Shown here one piece after another: positions 1-7,336 of a stretch of DNA of 63,080 nucleotides. This stretch comes from Gemmatimonadales bacterium (GTDB taxonomy: Bacteria > Gemmatimonadota > Gemmatimonadetes > Gemmatimonadales > GWC2-71-9). A program made the position numbers and the translations under genes. How positions within the stretch are numbered: the stretch's first letter is position 1; every line of letters begins with the position of its first letter. The stretch is from contig DATEHG010000095.1 of NCBI GenBank assembly GCA_035279705.1, positions 1 to 63,080 on the forward strand. Reading direction: 5' to 3'. Under the pieces are notes generated by a model, which had not been told where the DNA came from, searched no databases, and saw only the letters and a program-made list of their open reading frames with translations.

Positions 1-1346
1 GTGACACAGACGATCAACGAATCCGACGATCCGTTGCGGTAGCCGAAGCGGGCAAAGCTTCGCTGATCGGGCGAAACCCCCAGCGGCGGCACGCTCGGAA
101 TCGGCGTCAGGATGGTGTCGCTGGCAAATCGCGCGGACCGGAGGCTCCGGCTGTCGAACAGCGATCCGGCGAAGAGGTACAATCCCGGATGAGCAAAGGT
201 GACGGTGTCGATCTGCCCGGGAATCGCTTCCGTGGCCGCCGCCTGCCGAAACTCCGCGGAGTCGGTCGTGACCCGCGAAACGGCAATCAGCCGGCCGCCG
301 CAATCGCCCAACCGCTCGGCGCGCTGATTCGACGCGCTGTCGCTGAGGAGGTAACAGCCGGCATTCGCCTCGTCCCGGTCCAGCAATACGATGAGCGCGC
401 CGGGCGTTCCCCCCACCGTGGCGATTGCCTCGGCAAGCAGAGAGGAGGAATCGGCAGTGACATTGCCTGTCACTGCCGAAGTCGTCAGGGCAGCACCGTG
501 GTACCGCAACTCGAATCTGGCCGTGGCCGCATCAGTCGTGCGGATGCCGACCTGCGCGCGGTAGAAGCCCGAGGCTATTGTCAGCACTTCGAAGGGTCCG
601 ACAATCCGTGAACGGATCGGCTGGTCCACCGGCTGGACGCGGTAGCGCACTGCGAACTTCGTCGCCTGTTTCGTCGCGCTGGCGGGACTCTCCGGAAGCC
701 ACTCGCTCCACTCGAATTGCCGGCGCCCCGGGTGGCCCGGCAGATCAAGCAGGAAGCCCTCTCGAGTCGTGTCGTTCCCCACCACCTCGAGCATCCGGTT
801 CCCCCGGCTGGTGAACACCTCGACCGCCCCCGGGACCACCCAGCGACCGTTGACCAGCCGTGCGTCTTCCTTCCAGAGCGGGCCCCGGACAGAGGCGCGC
901 ACCGTCCGCGAGAAACGCGGGGTCGAATGCAGCTGGATGTACGCCTCGGCGGTATCGCCGGCCGGCGGGAGAGCCGGGCTGCGAAGCCAGCGGACCTCCA
1001 CCGCGAGTAGCAATGGCTCCCCGTCGATTTCCGGCGGGACATCGGCCAGAGCCCGCGCGATCCCGCCACTCACGCCCACCACGAGCCAGACCGCCGCCAG
1101 CGCGACGAGCAGCGCTTTGAGGAATCCAGGTTCGTGGCCGGCCGCGACCACTCTCGCGGACAGGACTCCGATGCAGAAGCCGGCGAGAAGGCCGAGTACC
1201 GCGAAGGCAACCACGAAGTAGCCCGATTCGCCTTCGAAACCCGGGACGTGGTACCAGTCCACCGCGAGAATGGCCGTGGCACCGGCGGCCACGCACCCCG
1301 CGGCCGCCGCGAGGATTCCCACGAGAATCGAGGCAATCCACGTCAT
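1..1346 (-). CDS. Hypothetical membrane protein, 3' end runs off the window
   Basis: Not in the ORF track because it has no stop in the window. Read by hand from ATG at 1346: MTWIASILVGILAAAAGCVAAGATAILAVDWYHVPGFEGESGYFVVAFAVLGLLAGF..., open to position 1. About 3 N-terminal hydrophobic helices, then a soluble beta-rich region. Confidence 0.75.
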   Translation of the reverse strand, partial: MTWIASILVGILAAAAGCVAAGATAILAVDWYHVPGFEGESGYFVVAFAVLGLLAGFCIGVLSARVVAAGHEPGFLKALLVALAAVWLVVGVSGGIARALADVPPEIDGEPLLLAVEVRWLRSPALPPAGDTAEAYIQLHSTPRFSRTVRASVRGPLWKEDARLVNGRWVVPGAVEVFTSRGNRMLEVVGNDTTREGFLLDLPGHPGRRQFEWSEWLPESPASATKQATKFAVRYRVQPVDQPIRSRIVGPFEVLTIASGFYRAQVGIRTTDAATARFELRYHGAALTTSAVTGNVTADSSSLLAEAIATVGGTPGALIVLLDRDEANAGCYLLSDSASNQRAERLGDCGGRLIAVSRVTTDSAEFRQAAATEAIPGQIDTVTFAHPGLYLFAGSLFDSRSLRSARFASDTILTPIPSVPPLGVSPDQRSFARFGYRNGSSDSLIVCV

Positions 1347-1646
1347 GAAGGGTCTGGTCGGGGTTCAATCGGGAACGAGGGCCGCGGGCCGCGGCTGGCA
1401 GGTGGTAAGCTATATGGCCTTGGCCGGTCCGGCTCCCCCGCACCGGTCTCTGATTCTGCCTGACTCCCCCTCCATCTGCGGTCCGTCCCAGCCCAGTAGT
1501 TCGCGTCCCGCAAGAGGTTGCGGATCGACGATGGCGGGCATGGCGGTTGCACCCCTTCGGGGGCTGTCCGGTCTGTGCCAATACGTGGGGCAGGCGAGTC
1601 TCCCGATCGAGCCGTCATGCCACGGCTGACCAACGCGGATTAATTC

Positions 1647-2231
1647 ATGCGCTTCCTGTACACGCTCGGCGTGATGTACATCGCGCTCTGCGCCGCCCTG
1701 CTCTACCGGGGTCAGGCGCCGGCGCCCGTACCCGCGCCCTCCACCCCCACGCACCCGAATGCGGCACCGCCCCCCGGCAACGCCGCAGAGTGGTACGGTC
1801 AGATCAAGCCGTATTGCAACAGCCTCGAGGTCGAGTCGCACCTGCGGTACCAGCCGCCGCCGGACGGCGCCGAGGGAGCGGGCTACGCCGCGGCCTGCCT
1901 GGCCCTTGCCGGGAAGATCGATCAGGCGCGCGAGCAGATCGTGGCGCTGCCGGCATCGCAGCGCACCGCGGCGGTGGGAATCGTCTTCGAAATCGGCCAT
2001 CCGGTCGCGGATGCGGGGGACGACAAGTCCGCCGGTCCAATCATGGAGCTGGTCGTGGAGTTCTGGCCGAATCACTACATGGCCCTGTATCACGCCGGCG
2101 CGTCGGAGTTCATCCTCGGCGAGCCGGACCTGGCCCGGAAGCATCTGGAGTCGTTCCTCCAGTACTACCACGAAAACGATGGCTGGCGCACCAATGCCCT
2201 CGTAATGCTGAAGAAGCTCGGCGCCGAATGA
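1647..2231 (+). CDS. Membrane-anchored or secreted TPR-like helical-repeat protein
   Basis: N-terminal hydrophobic helix, Pro-rich linker, TPR-like segment (ALYHAGASEFILGEPDLARKHLESFL). Stop overlaps the next ATG (ATGA). Confidence 0.7.
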   Translation: MRFLYTLGVMYIALCAALLYRGQAPAPVPAPSTPTHPNAAPPPGNAAEWYGQIKPYCNSLEVESHLRYQPPPDGAEGAGYAAACLALAGKIDQAREQIVALPASQRTAAVGIVFEIGHPVADAGDDKSAGPIMELVVEFWPNHYMALYHAGASEFILGEPDLARKHLESFLQYYHENDGWRTNALVMLKKLGAE

Positions 2232-4087
2232 CGGCACCCGGGTCGCCCTACCTGAGTGAAGGCGCCCTGCTCGCCGGTCGCTACCTCATCGGCGGCGAAC
2301 TGGGCCGGGGCGGTTTCTCGGTGGTTTACCGGGGCACGGACCAGTCGATCCGTGGTGCCGTTGCCATCAAGCTGCTCGTTCCTCCGCCGGCCGGCGCCGC
2401 GCTGGCGCGGGAGCGGATGCGGCGCGAGGTCCAGGCCGTCCGCGGCCTGTCCCACCCGAATATCGTGCAGGTCTACGACTTCGCCGAGGATGGCCCCTGG
2501 AGTTTCGTCGTCATGGAGCTGGTCAACGGGCCCGACCTGGCGGAGCGGGTGCGGCGCCGCGGTCCGCTCAGCCCCGAGGAGACGGTCCAGCTCGGCCGCG
2601 AACTGGCGCAGGGACTGGCCACGGCGCATCGCAAGGGTGTGATCCACCGCGACGTGAAGCCGCAGAACATCCTGCTCGATGCCGAAGGCCACTCCCGCCT
2701 TACGGACTTCGGCTCGGCCAAACTTGAAGGCGTCACTGGGGTGACCCGCACGGGCGGCCTGGTCGGCACGCTCGATTACCTGGCCCCCGAACTCCTGGCC
2801 GGCCGCCGGGGTGATGGCCGCGCCGATCTCTACGCCCTCGGACTCACCCTGCATTTCGCCCTCACCGGCCGGCTGCCCGAGCGCCTGTCCGCGCACGCAC
2901 CCGTGGGCGCGGCGCCCGAAGGCCACCGCCCCTCCCGCTTTGCCGGCGCGGCCCGGATCCCCGGCTGGCTGGATGACCTGGTTGCCCAGGCCACCATGGC
3001 GGCCCCGGAAGAGCGGTTTCCGTCGGCCGCGGCTTTGGACGAGGCGCTTGCCGGTGGTGGCAACACGCGAAGCGCACGTCTCGCCCTGGTGGAGGCAGCC
3101 GATCGTTGCGCCCTCTGCCGGGAAGTGGACCCGTTCGGACTTGGCCTGTGCGTGCGCTGCGGGGGCACTTCGCCCAGCGCCGCGGAAGCGGCCATCGTGG
3201 TGCGACCGCCGGCTTCGCGGAGTGCGCGGGAATCGGTTCGGATGGCCGTGCATCAGCTGCTCAACGGCCGCACCAGCAGCGATGCGGCCGATGCCGCCGC
3301 GGCCGGAGAGCGCGCGCTGCTCCGCATTCCGGCGGCGAGTGAATCCGCCGTGCTCGAGCACCTGGCGGGACATGGCGTGCCGGCCCAGGCGGTCGCGCAC
3401 CAGCGCCTCTGGGCCGAGCTGCCCTTCCGCTTCTACGCGCTGGTGACCGCCATCGCAGGGGTGGGCCTCGCGGCAGGCACCGTGATTCCCCTGGTAGGGT
3501 GGGCGAGTCCGGCGGTTGCCGGCCTCTGGTGGATGCTGGCCTTCCGCGAAATCCGCCGTCCAGCGCTGGCATCGGTGGGCCTCGCCACGAAGTTGCCGCC
3601 CGATGTCGAGCGCGAAGTCGTGTCGGCCCTCACCGAGCTGCCCTCCGGCACCGCGCGTGACCTGCTGGCCGACGTGGTGCGCACGGGCCAGCGGATGTCG
3701 CAATCGCTGAGTGCTGCGAGCGGTGAGGACCGGAGCGGGGAAATCGGCCGCGTCCTTGGCGGTGCCAGCCGCGCCGCACGCCAGATCGCGGGTTTGGAGG
3801 AGAGTCTCACGGGTCTAGAATCGCGGCCCGAATGGAGCAGCGATCCGAGACTCATCGGGGCGGCCGACGCGCTGGAACGGGGGCGGGACCGGCTGGTGCA
3901 GGAGATGCTCGAGATTCTGACCTCGCTGGGCCGGACCCAGGGGCGCCTGGCCCTGGCAGGGGCAGCCGCGGCCTCGGGGGGAGATGACCTCGCCACGTTG
4001 GCCGCCGACCTCGAGCAATCGGTGACGTTGCGGGCCGAGGCGCGGCGTGAAGTGGAGGAGCTGCTGACGCCTAGCGGAGTGCCTTGA
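2228..4087 (+). CDS. Hanks-type Ser/Thr protein kinase with Cys4 motif, TM hairpin and helical C-terminal tail
   Basis: LGRGGFSVVY, VAIK, HRDVKPQN, DFG and GTLDYLAPE motifs. True start is the ATG at 2228, coupled to the upstream stop; the track's extension to 1547 overlaps a real gene. Confidence 0.9.
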   Translation: MTAPGSPYLSEGALLAGRYLIGGELGRGGFSVVYRGTDQSIRGAVAIKLLVPPPAGAALARERMRREVQAVRGLSHPNIVQVYDFAEDGPWSFVVMELVNGPDLAERVRRRGPLSPEETVQLGRELAQGLATAHRKGVIHRDVKPQNILLDAEGHSRLTDFGSAKLEGVTGVTRTGGLVGTLDYLAPELLAGRRGDGRADLYALGLTLHFALTGRLPERLSAHAPVGAAPEGHRPSRFAGAARIPGWLDDLVAQATMAAPEERFPSAAALDEALAGGGNTRSARLALVEAADRCALCREVDPFGLGLCVRCGGTSPSAAEAAIVVRPPASRSARESVRMAVHQLLNGRTSSDAADAAAAGERALLRIPAASESAVLEHLAGHGVPAQAVAHQRLWAELPFRFYALVTAIAGVGLAAGTVIPLVGWASPAVAGLWWMLAFREIRRPALASVGLATKLPPDVEREVVSALTELPSGTARDLLADVVRTGQRMSQSLSAASGEDRSGEIGRVLGGASRAARQIAGLEESLTGLESRPEWSSDPRLIGAADALERGRDRLVQEMLEILTSLGRTQGRLALAGAAAASGGDDLATLAADLEQSVTLRAEARREVEELLTPSGVP

Positions 4088-4517
4088 GGGCCGCCGCGTC
4101 CCACTCGAGGATCCGGGGTGGATCCACTCCGAAATCGCTGTAGCGGAGCCAGGTCGGCGTGACGCGGAAGTAGGTCAGCCCCGGCCAGCTCTGCCTGACC
4201 ATACCATCGGGAAAACGGGAGAGATAGAGAGCGGTGAGCGCCGCCAGGGCCTCACCCGAGGGCTCGTCCGCGACGCCCTCGTACTGCACGGTGCCCAGCT
4301 CGCCGTCCGCCGGGCCGCCGACGACGAAGGCCACTCTCGCGTCCCGGCGGAGATTCTGCGCCTTCCGGGTGTCCCCCAGCGTGTCGAAGAACAGTTCGAA
4401 CCGGTCGGACACCACGATACCGACGACGGCGGCCTGTGGCGCCCCCACCGGGGCGACGGACGCTTCGACGGCGTGGTGGTGCCTGCGCATGAACGCGAGG
4501 AGGTCGGCCCGGGTCAC
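4071..4517 (-). CDS. Pyridoxamine 5'-phosphate oxidase-like (split-barrel flavin-binding) family protein
   Basis: PQAAVVG...FDTLGDTRKAQNLRRDARVAFVV pattern and 148-aa size fit PPOX-like proteins. Confidence 0.8.
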   Translation of the reverse strand: MTRADLLAFMRRHHHAVEASVAPVGAPQAAVVGIVVSDRFELFFDTLGDTRKAQNLRRDARVAFVVGGPADGELGTVQYEGVADEPSGEALAALTALYLSRFPDGMVRQSWPGLTYFRVTPTWLRYSDFGVDPPRILEWDAAALKALR

Positions 4518-4629
4518 CAGTGCAGGCTAGCGCAAATCTCGCAGTGGTCAACATCCCCCTGAAAAATACCGGCGCTGGAAGTCCCCGGGGACCGCCAGCG
4601 CCGGTCACGACCCGCTGCCGGCGGGAGTC

Positions 4630-5040
4630 TCAGATCGCGTGATGCGGGATGTCGGCGTGCCAGTGGGCCGTGGCGCCAGGGATCGTGGCAGTCGTGCTGT
4701 CGCCGGCATTGGCGGAGCCGGTGCTCCAGTTGACAACGAGCCTGGCGCTTCCCGCACCGGTGCTGTGCCCGTAGAGGTGCGCCTCCGCCGAAGCGGGAAT
4801 CGTGGTGGAAAAGGTCTTCGTCCAGGTGGTCCCGGGCGCGTTGACCTTGATGAGCGTTCCGTGCCCGTCATCGTAGGTCACGGAATCGAACACTACTGCC
4901 GGGCTCGACGAAGTGGACGCCAGGTAGGAAATCCCCGCTGTGGCCGGACCATTCGAGCCTCCGCCGCTGCCGCCGCACGCGCTCAAGGCACCAGCGGCAA
5001 GCACCATCACCAAGCACAACCGACGTGAAGAAGACGCCAT
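4630..5040 (-). CDS. Small hypothetical lipoprotein
   Basis: Lipobox LSAC after a basic and hydrophobic signal, Gly/Ser linker, beta-rich body. Confidence 0.7.
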   Translation of the reverse strand: MASSSRRLCLVMVLAAGALSACGGSGGGSNGPATAGISYLASTSSSPAVVFDSVTYDDGHGTLIKVNAPGTTWTKTFSTTIPASAEAHLYGHSTGAGSARLVVNWSTGSANAGDSTTATIPGATAHWHADIPHHAI

Positions 5041-5082
5041 GCACGACTCCTGATTGGGGGTTTGAACAGCAAACGCGGGCAG

Positions 5083-7332
5083 CTACTCGTCCTGCTTCGG
5101 CGGTCCCACCGGAGGGGTAACCCGCTTGCGGATCTCGGCCAGCGCCAGCACGATCGACTCCCGCGAGGCGAGCAGGTCCTGCAGCACGAGATCCGGGTGC
5201 CGCCCCGGAGTCGTGCCGGATTCCCGCCGCCCTTCCGGCTCGAGGAAGGGCCACAGCCGCTGGCGGACCCGCTCCGGGAGCACGCTCTCCAGGTACTCGA
5301 GCGCGGTGCCCCGGAGGTTCCGGTCCCTGGTATGGAGCCCGTGGTAGGCCAGACGGAGCGGCTCGGCCGGGAGGATCAGCGCCAGGAGCGTGAACACATG
5401 CTCCAGGCTGCGGTTGGCCTGGAACCGCAGAAACTCCGCCTCCATGGGCGGGGCACCGATGTCGTCCTGGCTGTCGATGAGCTGGCGGCTCTCCCACACA
5501 CCGCGGCCCACCGCCACCTCGTTGAGCACCACCTGCAGCAGGCGTTCACGATCGACCACCAGCCCGGGGATCTGGCTCCGGAGGCGGTGCAGCGCCCGCC
5601 CGGCCCGGTAGCGGACCTCGAAGCGCCTGTCGTCCAGCGCGCGGAACAGCCCCTCGAACACTTCGGGCGTCGGCCACTCGATCAGCACGGGAATCAGCCG
5701 GCGCCGGATCGCGAAATCCTCGCCCTGGTCCAGCAAGTGAGTGATGAGGACGCCCGCTTGCGCGGCCGGCAGGGCCTTGAGGGCCGCGCCGGCTTCCTCC
5801 GCCACGGCGTCCCAGGCCAGCAGGGAGATCGTCGGCTCGATCAAATCGGCGGTCAAGGGGCCGGCGGCCAGGGCGGCGCGCACCTCCTCGGGCACCGTGC
5901 TCTCGAACGCGCGGCGCCGCCGATCACCGGGATTCCACGCCGGTTCCGAATCCACCGGCGCCGTAGTTTCGCCGGATTGTCGCGGAGCCGCCATCGGTTC
6001 CAGCTGGCTCAGGTCGAACCCGCCGACCGATTGCAGCAGGGCGCCGGCGTTGTCGGCTTCGACGGGCACCGCTCCCGAGCGCAGGGCGAGGCTTCGCTCC
6101 AGGGCGCCGACATATCCGCGGTGAAGCTGCCGGGCCACCGCCAGCGCCAGGATGGAGACCAGGATGGTGAAGGCGAGGAGCGGCGGCACCGGAGTCCGGA
6201 GCGGGAGCAGCAGCGCCAGCTGAATGAGAAGCGCGGCGACCGCATCGCCCATCCGGGCGGCGGCTACATCCACGAGGAGCTTGGTCGCCCGTTTTTCCTT
6301 CGGCGGGACCGGGGCAAAAAGCAGCTCATAGGCTCCGCGGAACAGCGAGTTGCGGAGCACGATCTCGGTGCCGCGGGCGATCAGCATCGAGGGAAGACCC
6401 GCGAAGAACAGGCCGCCGAGGGCACCGACGGAGACGCCCGCCGGCAGCAAGGCGGCGCTTCGGGCAATGCCAAGCCGGTTGAGGACCCGCTGCAGCGCCG
6501 TGGTCTGGACCACGATGGTGAGCAGCGCCGTGACGGTATAGAAAACGGCGAAGAGTCTGAGCAGTTCGCCGCCGCCGGGAAGGCTGGCCGTGGCGCGTGC
6601 CTTGAACACGAAGTCGAGCAGGCCCTCCGCCGCGGCGCTCAGGGCAATGAGCAGGACCAGGTTGCGGAGGTACGCCGAGGTCCGGAACGCCTGCCGGGCG
6701 GAGCCGGAGGGTTCGATGGCCGGATCGGCGGAACCTCGGCTGCGGCTGCGCTCGAGCGCTGCCGCCGGTGCAGGCCGCACTCCCAGCACCAGGATGGCCG
6801 AGAGGTAGTGCAGTATGGCCAGCACGGGCAGCATGGCGGTGACCGGCAGGCTGCCGCCGATCTGGGCGGGGAGAATGCCGCCCAGCAATCCCCCAAACGA
6901 GCCTCCCGCCGCAATCCTCCCGATCGTCGCCCGCGCCGTCCGGGCATCGAACCGCTCGGTGACCATGCCCCAGAAGCCCGAGATGAGCAGGGCGCCGAGG
7001 CAGCTGTAGTGGATGTAGAACAGCACGGCGGTAATGGAATGAAACCGGCAGGCGAGGAACCACTCGATCAGGAGCAGGGTGCCGCTCAGGGCAAACAGGT
7101 GCGGCACCAGTCGTCCTGGTCCTATCCGGGAGAGCACCTTCGACAGCACGATGGCCACGAGGGTGGAAAGGCCCGCGGCCAGGATGACCATGCGGGGGAG
7201 CGCGGCCACACCGTAGGTGGAGAGGTAGAGCGCGTCGCGCGTCGCTTTGCCGGCCAGCTGGAAGGCCACCATGACGGCGCTGGCCGCGGTGGCGGCCAGG
7301 GCGGCGTTGCGGTCGGAGAGTTGACGGAGCAC
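5083..7332 (-). CDS. NTT/TLC (Npt1/Npt2-like) MFS nucleotide-transporter homologue fused to HEAT-like repeats
   Basis: About 12 TM segments with KATRDALYL, FWG..TERFD.R.A and R.SLFRGAYELLF.PVP..EKRATKLL motifs of NTT-like proteins. C-terminal alpha-helical repeats (DDRRFEVRYRAGRAL, LRGTALEYLE). Confidence 0.75.
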   Translation of the reverse strand: MLRQLSDRNAALAATAASAVMVAFQLAGKATRDALYLSTYGVAALPRMVILAAGLSTLVAIVLSKVLSRIGPGRLVPHLFALSGTLLLIEWFLACRFHSITAVLFYIHYSCLGALLISGFWGMVTERFDARTARATIGRIAAGGSFGGLLGGILPAQIGGSLPVTAMLPVLAILHYLSAILVLGVRPAPAAALERSRSRGSADPAIEPSGSARQAFRTSAYLRNLVLLIALSAAAEGLLDFVFKARATASLPGGGELLRLFAVFYTVTALLTIVVQTTALQRVLNRLGIARSAALLPAGVSVGALGGLFFAGLPSMLIARGTEIVLRNSLFRGAYELLFAPVPPKEKRATKLLVDVAAARMGDAVAALLIQLALLLPLRTPVPPLLAFTILVSILALAVARQLHRGYVGALERSLALRSGAVPVEADNAGALLQSVGGFDLSQLEPMAAPRQSGETTAPVDSEPAWNPGDRRRRAFESTVPEEVRAALAAGPLTADLIEPTISLLAWDAVAEEAGAALKALPAAQAGVLITHLLDQGEDFAIRRRLIPVLIEWPTPEVFEGLFRALDDRRFEVRYRAGRALHRLRSQIPGLVVDRERLLQVVLNEVAVGRGVWESRQLIDSQDDIGAPPMEAEFLRFQANRSLEHVFTLLALILPAEPLRLAYHGLHTRDRNLRGTALEYLESVLPERVRQRLWPFLEPEGRRESGTTPGRHPDLVLQDLLASRESIVLALAEIRKRVTPPVGPPKQDE

Positions 7333-7336
7333 GGCT

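Noticed and set aside
1343-1633. 96-aa ORF in the divergent spacer
   Set aside because: Pro/Arg-rich with no recognisable features; more likely promoter DNA.
1547-2227. N-terminal extension of the kinase ORF in the track (846 aa)
   Set aside because: It overlaps the real 1647-2231 gene in another frame and has low-complexity translation; the ATG at 2228 is coupled to the upstream stop.
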